Positions 29,612 through 38,742 of a DNA stretch of 64,000 nucleotides are shown here, piece after piece. This stretch comes from Candidatus Marinacidobacterales bacterium. Lineage in GTDB: Bacteria > Acidobacteriota > Vicinamibacteria > Marinacidobacterales > SMYC01. The notes under the pieces were generated by a model that had not been told where the DNA came from, did not search any database, and saw only the letters and a list, made by a program, of their open reading frames with translations. Position 1 is the first letter of the stretch; every line of letters begins with the position of its first letter. Location of the stretch: contig CBDCYI010000005.1 in the NCBI GenBank assembly GCA_965224085.1, positions 1,440,001 through 1,504,000 of the forward strand, in the 5' to 3' direction. The position numbers were made by a program, and so were the translations under genes.

Positions 29612-30535
29612 ATGCACAAACCTCTTCGCACGGTAGGCTATGCTGCTCTTCTGGGATTCCTGGTGCAGACCCCCGGGCTTTCGCAAGTCGACGACTCTCG
29701 CTACCAGTTCCGTGTCACCGTCGACTTGATTTCGCTCAACGTCACGGTCACCGATACCCGGAACCGCTTCATCACCGACCTCCTGCAAGAAGAGTTCTCC
29801 GTGTTCGAAGACGGCATCTCGCAGGAAGTGTCGGTGTTCTCGCGGGAGGATCTCCCCATCCGCATGGTGCTCTTGATCGACGCGAGCGCGAGCATGGACG
29901 AGAAGATGACCTTCGCACAGGAAGCTGCAGTCAACTTCGTGGGGGAGATGAAAGACGACGATTTGACCGAAGTCGTTGACTTCGGAAGCAGAGCACACGT
30001 CCTGCAGCCTTTCACGGCCGACGTGGAGAAGCTGAACCGAGCGATCCGCATGACGCAAGCTGGGGGCACGACGAGCCTCTATAACGCGCTTTACATCGCC
30101 CTCAAAAACCTCAGCCGGCGGCGACAGGATATCCGGCGTCAGGCCATCATCGTGCTATCCGACGGTGAAGATACGAGCTCGCTCGTCACTTTCGATCAGG
30201 TGATGGAGCTTGCGAAAGACACCGATGTCACGATTTACACGATCTCGCTCCGAAAATCCGGCGGGCGCCGCAGCCGGGCGTTCTCGAGAGCGGAGCATGT
30301 CTTGAAGAAGCTCGCCGAAGAGACCGGTGGTCAGTGGTTTTTTCCGGGTCAAATCCAAGAGCTCGACTCGGTCTACGCGCGTATCGCGACGGAGCTCAAG
30401 AGCCAGTACAACATTGGTTACGTCTCGAACAATCCGAAACGCGATGGGTCCTGGCGCCGCGTGGTCGTGCAGACGTCGCTCCAGAATCTGCTCGTGCGTA
30501 CAAAGCTCGGCTACTACGCTCCGAAAGAGCCGTAG
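29612..30535 (+). CDS. Exported VWA-domain protein (Acidobacteria-type VWFA-related)
   Basis: Signal peptide, VTVTD...FSVFEDG, IDASASM (MIDAS), LSDGED, QYNIGY..N...DGSWR, GYYAP. Confidence 0.88.
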   Translation: MHKPLRTVGYAALLGFLVQTPGLSQVDDSRYQFRVTVDLISLNVTVTDTRNRFITDLLQEEFSVFEDGISQEVSVFSREDLPIRMVLLIDASASMDEKMTFAQEAAVNFVGEMKDDDLTEVVDFGSRAHVLQPFTADVEKLNRAIRMTQAGGTTSLYNALYIALKNLSRRRQDIRRQAIIVLSDGEDTSSLVTFDQVMELAKDTDVTIYTISLRKSGGRRSRAFSRAEHVLKKLAEETGGQWFFPGQIQELDSVYARIATELKSQYNIGYVSNNPKRDGSWRRVVVQTSLQNLLVRTKLGYYAPKEP

Positions 30536-30553
30536 CACCGCGGTCGGGGCTCG

Positions 30554-31624
30554 TCAGTTCCAGCCGACCAGGCCCAAATCGATTGCCTTTTGCTGCGCGT
30601 GGCCGAGCTGGTTTCTCAAGCTGACGGTTGTCGCAAATGTTTTGCGAAGATGAGTGTCCTCCGCAGCGAAGACTCCCGGGCTCCCGCCTTGAAGATTCGT
30701 GCTTGCGCTTCGACCGGAGACCGAGACTCGGACGCGCGTGATGAAGCTCTCGGGATCACGTCCCTTCGGCACAAGTGAAGGCTCGTCCTCGTAAAGCTCC
30801 GACATGCCCTGAGCATATTGAAGCTGCAGGTTCTCGATATCGCTCGAAACGGGAATCCATTCTTCGCTGAGCGCGAGATCGCGGCGCTCGAGCGCCGGAC
30901 GGGCGGCGGGCGGGAGAGGATTCACACGATATTGCGCGATGTGGAATAGACCGACGACCGCGCAGGCAAGGCTGACGTCGTTCTGAAAAATACCAATGGG
31001 CTGGATCGAAGCGGCTTCGCTCGGGCTGTGTTTCAAGCTTACCGTGACGCAGCGATTCGCCGCGCTCGTCGCGCCTGTGCACTTGAGCGGCTCGAGGAGC
31101 TCGAAGCGTGTGATGCCGGGCTCGACGTCATCGCAGGCCGGATCGCCGTTGGAGCCCTGGAGTGCAAAGAGCGTCATGCCCTCCTGGTAGGCCGACTCCA
31201 TGACGAGCGGCATCGGATTGAAACTCGCGGCGTCGACCTGAAGCACGGTCGAGGCGCCGATCGTTTCGCAAGGCATGCCATCGTTTCCGACGCATGAGAG
31301 CGGCCTGGACACGGGAATCTCCCGGTCAGCGTAGACGATCGTGAGCTCGTCGGGATTCTTCTCTCCGCCGTCGAACCACATCACCGCCATATTCGCAGGC
31401 GTATTGAAGCCCGCGACCATCAGATCCTGGCTGACGCGGATGAGCCCGGCGCGTGCGCTCGCCGTCATTTGGGTGACTTCCGGCTCGCGCTGAAAGCTTT
31501 CCTGGCCTTTGTTCAGAAGCATGAAGACCGAAGCCATCACGACCATGGTGATCAGAAGCGCCATCAGGATCTCGACAAGCGAGAACCCCCGTGCGTCGCG
31601 CTCGCTGCTGGTAACGCCGTTCAT
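30554..31624 (-). CDS. Prepilin-type N-terminal cleavage/methylation protein (PilW-like minor pilin)
   Basis: RG|FSLVEILMALLI motif, IENLQLQY, C-terminal TVSLRN; several Cys pairs. Confidence 0.85.
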   Translation of the reverse strand: MNGVTSSERDARGFSLVEILMALLITMVVMASVFMLLNKGQESFQREPEVTQMTASARAGLIRVSQDLMVAGFNTPANMAVMWFDGGEKNPDELTIVYADREIPVSRPLSCVGNDGMPCETIGASTVLQVDAASFNPMPLVMESAYQEGMTLFALQGSNGDPACDDVEPGITRFELLEPLKCTGATSAANRCVTVSLKHSPSEAASIQPIGIFQNDVSLACAVVGLFHIAQYRVNPLPPAARPALERRDLALSEEWIPVSSDIENLQLQYAQGMSELYEDEPSLVPKGRDPESFITRVRVSVSGRSASTNLQGGSPGVFAAEDTHLRKTFATTVSLRNQLGHAQQKAIDLGLVGWN

Positions 31625-31672
31625 TGAGGTAGCCTCCCGCATCAAAAACAGTTACTCGAACGATCTCCTGGT

Positions 31673-31688
31673 AGCAAGCGCCATTCCA
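31673..31688 (-). promoter_or_regulatory. Sigma-54 (-24/-12) promoter of the PilW-like gene
   Basis: Minus strand TGGAATGGCGCTTGCT = GG-N10-GC, ~50 nt upstream of the start. Confidence 0.6.
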
Positions 31689-32014
31689 CCCGGGAAGCAA
31701 CGCCTAAACCCTTACGATCAAATCGCTTAGACACATGCCGGGAGATCGCCCCTCCCCCAAGTGTGGGGCTTTCGAGCGAAAGACACCCACTCGGGGAGCC
31801 CAAAACGAGGGCTCACGCGTCTAACGCACACGTTTTGAATCGATTGAGGGCGGCTCGGAGGCCGTAGTGAAAACCCCCGGGACGCCCAACCACGCCCAAG
31901 ACGCCAATTTTCTTTCCGGCTTCCCGAAAGAAAATTTACATGGAGCGGCTGCGGCCGTCACACGCCCAAAACCTAACCCGCTGTGATGGAAGCACTTGAG
32001 CGCGTTGGACCATG

Positions 32015-32030
32015 TGGCACATGACTTGCT
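32015..32030 (+). promoter_or_regulatory. Consensus sigma-54 promoter with no CDS directly downstream
   Basis: TGGCACATGACTTGCT = TGGCAC-N5-TTGCT. Confidence 0.8.
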
Positions 32031-32040
32031 TTTGTGAATG

Positions 32041-32152
32041 AGGTCTACTAACCGGACGCTCCCGCGTTGGGAAAGGGCCTAGCTCGGGAGCCCGAGCTCC
32101 CTCCTATCGTAGGCACGAAAGGGGCCGAACCTGGGCAGGTTCGGCCCTTTTT
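32041..32152 (+). ncRNA. Candidate sigma-54-dependent small regulatory RNA (~110 nt)
   Basis: Bounded by the consensus sigma-54 promoter and an intrinsic terminator; internal hairpin AGCTCGGG-AG-CCCGAGCT and CCCTCCT tract; no credible ORF. Confidence 0.6.
32118..32152 (+). terminator. Rho-independent terminator
   Basis: GGGCCGAACCT-GGGC-AGGTTCGGCCC followed by TTTTT. Confidence 0.85.
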
Positions 32153-32301
32153 GTCTCTAGCGGGCCGATCGGGTCGCCTGCGCCCCGTCGAGCGCTCTAG
32201 CAGACGAACCAACGCAATAACTTTTCTTTGCGCCTTTGCGTCGTTTCTTTTTCAAAAAAAAAACACGTAACGGTCTGTGCGTTTTCTTCTCGAGCGTCGT
32301 T

Positions 32302-32331
32302 TTGACAAGACAGAGAGCCAACGGTTACTGT
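32302..32331 (+). promoter_or_regulatory. Sigma-70 promoter giving a probably leaderless dGTPase mRNA
   Basis: TTGACA-N18-TACTGT, then 6 nt to GTG 32338. Confidence 0.6.
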
Positions 32332-32337
32332 CAACCC

Positions 32338-33486
32338 GTGCCGGATCGCCGTTTCTTCGAACACCAAGAACGGCAGACGCTCGCGCCTTACGCGGCTTTC
32401 AGCGGGAGCTCACGGGGTAGACGCCACGACGAACCGGAGCACCTATTTCGCACCGCTTTTCAGCGCGACCGCGACCGCGTCGTCCACTGCACGGCGTTCC
32501 GCAGGCTCGAGTACAAGACGCAGGTCTTCGTCAATCATGAGGGCGACCATTACCGGACGCGGCTGACCCACTCGCTCGAGGCGGCGCTGATCGCGCGGAC
32601 GATGGCGCGCTTTCTTCGGCTCAACGAGGACTTGACGGAGGCCGTCACGTTGTCGCACGACCTCGGGCACACACCTTTCGGTCACGCGGGAGAGGACGCC
32701 ATGAACACTCTCATGGCAGAACATGGCGGCTTCGAGCACAACTTGCAGGCGCTCAGAATCGTAGACCACTTGGAAAAACGCTATCCGCGGTTTCGGGGTT
32801 TGAATTTGACTCACGAAGTCCGAGAGGGCATCTTCAAACACTCGCCCAAGCGGAACGACGAGATTCCCGACGAGTTTCGAGACGGCCGGGAGCCCGTCCT
32901 CGAAGCACAGCTCGTCGACCTCGCCGATGAGATCGCCTATACGAATCACGACCTCGAGGACGGGCTGACCTCGCGCATCCTCGAGCTGAGCTCTCTCGAT
33001 GACGTCGAGATCTGGAAGAAGCATTTCGATAAGGCGCAGAGGAAATATCCAGGAGAGTCCAACAAGATTCTGATCCGCATCACCATTCGGCGCATCATCA
33101 ACGAGCTCACTACCGATCTCATCGACGAGACGAAGCGGGGGCTCGAAGCTCTAGCGGTCGAGACCGTGGAAGACGTTCGCGAGGCCGAGCGTTTGGTGAT
33201 GTTCACTCCGAAAGTCGAAGCCAAGAAGGCGCGGCTCAAGCAGTTCTTGTTTCAAAACATGTACCGCCACTACCGCGTCGTACGCATGGCCGAGAAGGCG
33301 AAGCGGGTCATCTCCGAGCTTTTCGAGGTCTACGTTGCGAACCCCAAGCAGCTTCCGCCCCACATCTGCGCGCGCGTGCATAGCGAGGGGCTTCACCGCG
33401 TCGTGTGCGACTACATCGCAGGTATGACGGATCGCTTTGCCCTTGACGAGCACCGAAAGCTATTCGATCCCCACGAGCGGCTGTAG
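32338..33486 (+). CDS. dgt: Deoxyguanosinetriphosphate triphosphohydrolase (HD family)
   Basis: FQRDRDR, FRRLEYKTQVF, RTRLTHSLE, HDLGHTPFGHAGE, DYIAGMTD. Confidence 0.93.
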   Translation: MPDRRFFEHQERQTLAPYAAFSGSSRGRRHDEPEHLFRTAFQRDRDRVVHCTAFRRLEYKTQVFVNHEGDHYRTRLTHSLEAALIARTMARFLRLNEDLTEAVTLSHDLGHTPFGHAGEDAMNTLMAEHGGFEHNLQALRIVDHLEKRYPRFRGLNLTHEVREGIFKHSPKRNDEIPDEFRDGREPVLEAQLVDLADEIAYTNHDLEDGLTSRILELSSLDDVEIWKKHFDKAQRKYPGESNKILIRITIRRIINELTTDLIDETKRGLEALAVETVEDVREAERLVMFTPKVEAKKARLKQFLFQNMYRHYRVVRMAEKAKRVISELFEVYVANPKQLPPHICARVHSEGLHRVVCDYIAGMTDRFALDEHRKLFDPHERL

Positions 33487-33607
33487 TTAGAAAGCTACAC
33501 TTCGCTGCCAACCGCGACCAGAAGCCATGACTGCGCCGTCGCGGCCATAGAGCCAAACTCTTCCCCGCCAGAGGTTTCGGGCGATCGTTCCCAGATTCTC
33601 CAAGCTC

Positions 33608-33623
33608 TGGCCCAAGTTTTGCT
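33608..33623 (+). promoter_or_regulatory. Sigma-54 promoter of the second PilZ gene
   Basis: TGGCCCAAGTTTTGCT = GG-N10-GC, 36 nt before the ATG, with GGGAG SD between. Confidence 0.6.
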
Positions 33624-33659
33624 TCCTTTTGAGCAAACATTTTCACGAGGGAGCGTTCC

Positions 33660-34031
33660 ATGAGCCATGCTATTAACACCGACCAGCGAGAACACAGCCG
33701 ACTCCAATTGGCGCCGACGATCGTCCGAGCCGAGATCGAACAAGACGGTAAGCGCCGAGAGGGCTATCTCATCAATGTGAGCCTCGGAGGCGCCTTTCTG
33801 AGCATCGTGGACCCGCCCGCCAAAGACACCATTACAGATTTGCACATGGTGCTACCGTGGGGCATCGGCACGTGCCACGTTCAGGCGAACGCTGTCTGGG
33901 AGCAGACCGACGATCGAGAGCGCGCCATCGGCGCAGGCATTTCGTTCATCGATCTCTCGACGGACGCGAAGCACCGACTCCAGAGCTACCTCGATCGCTT
34001 CAAAGAGCTGTCCACTGAATTCGTGGATTAA
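33660..34031 (+). CDS. PilZ domain protein
   Basis: REHSR (RxxxR), NVSLGGAF, GAGISF. Confidence 0.85.
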   Translation: MSHAINTDQREHSRLQLAPTIVRAEIEQDGKRREGYLINVSLGGAFLSIVDPPAKDTITDLHMVLPWGIGTCHVQANAVWEQTDDRERAIGAGISFIDLSTDAKHRLQSYLDRFKELSTEFVD

Positions 34032-34077
34032 ATAGCGCTGCGCACAACTCAGAAACAACTATTGACGCGGAGCTATT

Positions 34078-34533
34078 TCAAGAAGCGCGTTTGCGGACCT
34101 TCTTGATTCCCTTGGCACGGCCGAGATGCTCGAGCAATTGAAGGAAGTCGTCGCGAAGCGTTTCGTTCTTCGACAAGTGACGCCAAGCTGTCAACAGACG
34201 CCGCTCCCGAGGATCTCCCGGCGTGGCCCGCGACTTGTCGCGTTCGTCGGGCAGAAAGTACGCGACCGGCGTATCCAAGGCTTCGGCGATCTTGTGCAAC
34301 CAGTCGAGCGAAATTCGCCGCCGGCCTTTCTCGAAATTGGTCAACGCGCCCGGCGAAATGCCCACCATACCCGCTAAGACTTTTTGACGAATGCGCTTCG
34401 ACTTACGCACCTCGCGAATCGTCTCCCCGACTTGCAATTCTCGACTCGATGTCACTTTTGAACTCACCTCTCTAGATGCGATTGGCTTTTGGCCCACCGG
34501 CATCGCAACCGCCATTTCGGTCCCCGCAGCCAT
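34078..34533 (-). CDS. XRE-family HTH transcriptional regulator
   Basis: IREVRK..IRQKVLAGMVGISPGALTNFEKGRR..L.KIAEAL; AAGGAG SD before ATG 34533. Confidence 0.85.
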   Translation of the reverse strand: MAAGTEMAVAMPVGQKPIASREVSSKVTSSRELQVGETIREVRKSKRIRQKVLAGMVGISPGALTNFEKGRRRISLDWLHKIAEALDTPVAYFLPDERDKSRATPGDPRERRLLTAWRHLSKNETLRDDFLQLLEHLGRAKGIKKVRKRAS

Positions 34534-34732
34534 AATGTCTCCTTTTATACTCGGATTGAAATCCGCGACCGCCTGAATTTTTCCGAAACATAACACCAGA
34601 AAAGCATCGAACACAACTGGGGATTTCCCTAGGGGTGTAGGGATTTTTATTCCAAAGCGAACAAGACCCGTTTCGCCTACGAGCTTGGGGACACCGCCGT
34701 ATCTTCTAATGTATCAGGACTTAGTCCGCTAA

Positions 34733-35354
34733 TAAACGCGCCGCCTCTGGCGGCGTGACCCGAAGAGCTTCGAGCGATCCGGCGTGTGCTAGGTTCCCCC
34801 TCCGGGAAGACCCTGTGGGGCCTCCGAAAGGAGAACCTGCATGCACGAATGGAAAAGCCTGTCGCATGTGCGATGGGAATGCAAGTACCACGTGGTGATC
34901 ATCCCCAAGTATCGTAGAAGGGTGTTATATGGGGACCTTCGGCGTCGCGTGGGGCGAATTCTTCGAGAGCTTTGTGAGCAGAGAGGAGTAGAACTGATAG
35001 AAGGCAACGCGCAACCGGACCACATCCACCTGTGTATGAGCATCCCTCCCAAGTACAGCGTATCTCACACGATCGGTTTTCTGAAAGGGAAGAGTGCGGT
35101 ACGCATCCACCGAGAATTGCTGAAAGAACGTCGTATGACGGGCTTGCATTTTTGGGCGAAGGGGTACTGTGTGAGTACGGTTGGCCTTTACGAGGAGCGA
35201 ATAAGAAAGTACATCCGGGAGCAAGAAAAGCTTGAGTCTCGCCAAGGTGATCTCGACCTGAGTTAACGAGAGACGGCCCCAACGGGGCCTTCCCAACGTC
35301 ATCGGCCCCCTCGGAGGGGCCTTCCTAAACCCACGCCCTATGGGCGTGGTCGGT
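34733..35354 (+). mobile_element. IS200-type element (tnpA only); ends approximate
   Basis: Subterminal hairpins CGCCGCC-TCT-GGCGGCG (left) and CCACGCCC-TAT-GGGCGTGG (right) flank tnpA. Confidence 0.8.
34841..35266 (+). CDS. tnpA: IS200/IS605 family Y1 (HUH) transposase
   Basis: YHVVIIPKYRR, DHIH (HUH), LKGKS, FWAKGY, YIREQ. Confidence 0.93.
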   Translation: MHEWKSLSHVRWECKYHVVIIPKYRRRVLYGDLRRRVGRILRELCEQRGVELIEGNAQPDHIHLCMSIPPKYSVSHTIGFLKGKSAVRIHRELLKERRMTGLHFWAKGYCVSTVGLYEERIRKYIREQEKLESRQGDLDLS

Positions 35355-35360
35355 TAGTTA

Positions 35361-37052
35361 GTTCCTGTCCAGAAACACCATAACTTGTGGTGTACGAGAG
35401 GCCTATCGAAGATGTGGGTATTATACGTTTTCAGTCGGCACCTCGTAGGCTCGGAAGCGAATGAAAATCTTGGACGAAACGAGAGGCGAATCGTCAGCAA
35501 TCCATGGCTATAAACGCAGTAAGAGTAATCATTATTATCGTAATAGGTGCCTTGCCATTACCAACAGGTTGCAGGTGATGATGGAACTCCATACGTAGGA
35601 TTTGAAAGAAGGCAATGAGCGCCATGTGCATCGGTCGAGACCAAAGACTCGTTTCAAGAACGAAATGACGCCTTCGATTCCGCAGCGAAATCGCCGTAGG
35701 CGTTGATAGACCCAGGAACTCTTGACCATATCGGTCACCGCGAAGTGAGCCTTGGTAAAGGCAACATCTTCAACTCCCTTGCCTTTGATGGCTTCCAAGT
35801 TTGCCTTTGAAGAAAACGCGCCATCGTAGGCAACCTGGCGCGGGGCCCGTTCGTAGAGTTCGACTTGACGGTCGATCATGGTTTCCGCGAGAGTTGAATC
35901 GGACGGATTCCCATCCAAGATCACGCAATCCAAAATCATCGAGGACGAGCCACCAGTCAAACACACCTTGTGACCGTAGAGAGTCTCGCGCCGGTCTTTG
36001 CGAATAATGTCGGTGTGTTCTTCGAAGATCGAAACGACCTTTTCCTCCGCAGGCACACGCTCTTCATCAATCACTCTACGCCGAGTTTGGTTGATGACTT
36101 TTTCGGTGAGGACGAGAAAGTGCTTAAAATCCGCGGCGATCTTCTCCGCACTCGCTCGCTTCACCGGCTCGGTCAAGCCGGACTCGTCCAACTGGTCTGC
36201 AACGCGTTGAGCGGAGCGATAGGTTTCTTCCGACACCTTCAGTAGATCTCGATAGACGCGACGCCTTTGTTCCTTATCCTTCGCGTTTAGAACTCCCAGT
36301 CGACGTCTCTTCGCTCGACGCGTTCGATTGCCGAAGACCACTACTGTACCCAGCAGTTCGCGAGTTCGGCACATGAGGCGAGTGAGAACTCGGACGCAGT
36401 CATAAAGAAGCTCGGAGTCCGTAGGAGAATGAATATTCGACTCCACTACCGTGCAGTCCACTCGTACTTTTCTTCCTTTTTCGATCGCGGTCTTCTCGGC
36501 AACACTCACCAACTCTCGGTTGATTTTCTCCAGCGTTTCGAACTTCACGGCTTTGATGTTTGCTGCTAGGGTCGACTTCGACGGGCTCGGCTCTATGATG
36601 CCGAGCTGGCAAAACGTCCGATAGCTTCGAGAGTCTGCCAAGTGAAACGCCAGCTCCCGATAGGTGAACTGATTCAGCTGCTTGACCAACAACGCCCGGA
36701 GAACCTGCTCCGCGCTCATTCCCCCACGACCAACATCGCTCCCTGCCGATGGGGTGACCGACCTCAGGTCTTGCAGTACCAGCTCATTGAGCTTAGGATG
36801 GGCATCGAGCAGCGATGATATCGTTTCGAGCTCGCGTGCGTGCTCCAGCTCCAGCCAGGGCTCGCGAAGGCTTGGTTGTGGGTTGATCGTTTTTCGCATT
36901 TAGGGCTGGTCTCCTTTGGAGTTAAGTCGTTTAGAATCTGCGTTTTTGTCGACTCGATACTAAACGACACTCCCTCAGAAGGCTAGCCCTAAATTTGCGA
37001 TTACCAGAAGTGCCCTTTTTTCTCAACCTCTTACACCTGTCAGGACGGGTAC
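35361..37052 (-). mobile_element. ISNCY/IS5-like insertion sequence, copy 1
   Basis: Imperfect terminal IRs GTTCCTGTCCAGA / TCAGGACGGGTAC, flanked by TAGTTA on both sides. Confidence 0.88.
35535..36899 (-). CDS. DDE transposase (ISNCY/IS5-like)
   Basis: RVDCTVVESNI..PTDS.LL, KVVSIFEEHTDIIRK, YGHKV, YDGAFSS, RCGIEGVIS.LKR. Confidence 0.9.
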   Translation of the reverse strand: MRKTINPQPSLREPWLELEHARELETISSLLDAHPKLNELVLQDLRSVTPSAGSDVGRGGMSAEQVLRALLVKQLNQFTYRELAFHLADSRSYRTFCQLGIIEPSPSKSTLAANIKAVKFETLEKINRELVSVAEKTAIEKGRKVRVDCTVVESNIHSPTDSELLYDCVRVLTRLMCRTRELLGTVVVFGNRTRRAKRRRLGVLNAKDKEQRRRVYRDLLKVSEETYRSAQRVADQLDESGLTEPVKRASAEKIAADFKHFLVLTEKVINQTRRRVIDEERVPAEEKVVSIFEEHTDIIRKDRRETLYGHKVCLTGGSSSMILDCVILDGNPSDSTLAETMIDRQVELYERAPRQVAYDGAFSSKANLEAIKGKGVEDVAFTKAHFAVTDMVKSSWVYQRLRRFRCGIEGVISFLKRVFGLDRCTWRSLPSFKSYVWSSIITCNLLVMARHLLR

Positions 37053-37058
37053 TAGTTA

Positions 37059-38742
37059 GTTCCTGTCCAGAAACACCATAACTTGTGGTGTACGAGAGGC
37101 CTATCGAAGATGTGGGTATTATACGTTTTCAGCCGGCACCTCGTAGGCTCGGAAGCGAATGAAAATCTTGGACGAAACGAGAGGCGAATCGTCAGCAATC
37201 CATGGCTATAAACGCAGTAAGAGTAATCATTATTATCGTAATAGGTGCCTTGCCATTACCAACAGGTTGCAGGTGATGATGGAACTCCATACGTAGGATT
37301 TGAAAGAAGGCAATGAGCGCCATGTGCATCGGTCGAGACCAAAGACTCGTTTCAAGAACGAAATGACGCCTTCGATTCCGCAGCGAAATCGCCGTAGGCG
37401 TTGATAGACCCAGGAACTCTTGACCATATCGGTCACCGCGAAGTGAGCCTTGGTAAAGGCAACATCTTCAACTCCCTTGCCTTTGATGGCTTCCAAGTTT
37501 GCCTTTGAAGAAAACGCGCCATCGTAGGCAACCTGGCGCGGGGCCCGTTCGTAGAGTTCGACTTGACGGTCGATCATGGTTTCCGCGAGAGTTGAATCGG
37601 ACGGATTCCCATCCAAGATCACGCAATCCAAAATCATCGAGGACGAGCCACCAGTCAAACACACCTTGTGACCGTAGAGAGTCTCGCGCCGGTCTTTGCG
37701 AATAATGTCGGTGTGTTCTTCGAAGATCGAAACGACCTTTTCCTCCGCAGGCACACGCTCTTCATCAATCACTCTACGCCGAGTTTGGTTGATGACTTTT
37801 TCGGTGAGGACGAGAAAGTGCTTAAAATCCGCGGCGATCTTCTCCGCACTCGCTCGCTTCACCGGCTCGGTCAAGCCGGACTCGTCCAACTGGTCTGCAA
37901 CGCGTTGAGCGGAGCGATAGGTTTCTTCCGACACCTTCAGTAGATCTCGATAGACGCGACGCCTTTGTTCCTTATCCTTCGCGTTTAGAACTCCCAGTCG
38001 ACGTCTCTTCGCTCGACGCGTTCGATTGCCGAAGACCACTACTGTACCCAGCAGTTCGCGAGTTCGGCACATGAGGCGAGTGAGAACTCGGACGCAGTCA
38101 TAAAGAAGCTCGGAGTCCGTAGGAGAATGAATATTCGACTCCACTACCGTGCAGTCCACTCGTACTTTTCTTCCTTTTTCGATCGCGGTCTTCTCGGCAA
38201 CACTCACCAACTCTCGGTTGATTTTCTCCAGCGTTTCGAACTTCACGGCTTTGATGTTTGCTGCTAGGGTCGACTTCGACGGGCTCGGCTCTATGATGCC
38301 GAGCTGGCAAAACGTCCGATAGCTTCGAGAGTCTGCCAAGTGAAACGCCAGCTCCCGATAGGTGAACTGATTCAGCTGCTTGACCAACAACGCCCGGAGA
38401 ACCTGCTCCGCGCTCATTCCCCCACGACCAACATCGCTCCCTGCCGATGGGGTGACCGACCTCAGGTCTTGCAGTACCAGCTCATTGAGCTTAGGATGGG
38501 CATCGAGCAGCGATGATATCGTTTCGAGCTCGCGTGCGTGCTCCAGCTCCAGCCAGGGCTCGCGAAGGCTTGGTTGTGGGTTGATCGTTTTTCGCATTTA
38601 GGGCTGGTCTCCTTTGGAGTTAAGTCGTTTAGAATCTGCGTTTTTGTCGACTCGATACTAAACGACACTCCCTCAGAAGGCTAGCCCTAAATTTGCGATT
38701 ACCCCTTTTTTCTCAACCTCTTACACCTGTCAGGACGGGTAC
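37059..38742 (-). mobile_element. ISNCY/IS5-like insertion sequence, copy 2 (head-to-tail with copy 1)
   Basis: Same termini; differs from copy 1 by an 8-bp deletion near 38703 and at least one substitution (35435 T vs 37133 C). Confidence 0.88.
37233..38597 (-). CDS. DDE transposase, identical protein to copy 1
   Basis: Identical 454-aa translation in the ORF track. Confidence 0.9.
   Translation of the reverse strand: MRKTINPQPSLREPWLELEHARELETISSLLDAHPKLNELVLQDLRSVTPSAGSDVGRGGMSAEQVLRALLVKQLNQFTYRELAFHLADSRSYRTFCQLGIIEPSPSKSTLAANIKAVKFETLEKINRELVSVAEKTAIEKGRKVRVDCTVVESNIHSPTDSELLYDCVRVLTRLMCRTRELLGTVVVFGNRTRRAKRRRLGVLNAKDKEQRRRVYRDLLKVSEETYRSAQRVADQLDESGLTEPVKRASAEKIAADFKHFLVLTEKVINQTRRRVIDEERVPAEEKVVSIFEEHTDIIRKDRRETLYGHKVCLTGGSSSMILDCVILDGNPSDSTLAETMIDRQVELYERAPRQVAYDGAFSSKANLEAIKGKGVEDVAFTKAHFAVTDMVKSSWVYQRLRRFRCGIEGVISFLKRVFGLDRCTWRSLPSFKSYVWSSIITCNLLVMARHLLR

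Noticed and set aside
32067-32270. 67-aa ORF in the sRNA region
   Set aside because: TTG start without SD, runs through the terminator hairpin, no recognisable features.
34733-35354. IS605 with TnpB/omega RNA
   Set aside because: No tnpB ORF or RuvC remnant between tnpA and the right-end hairpins.
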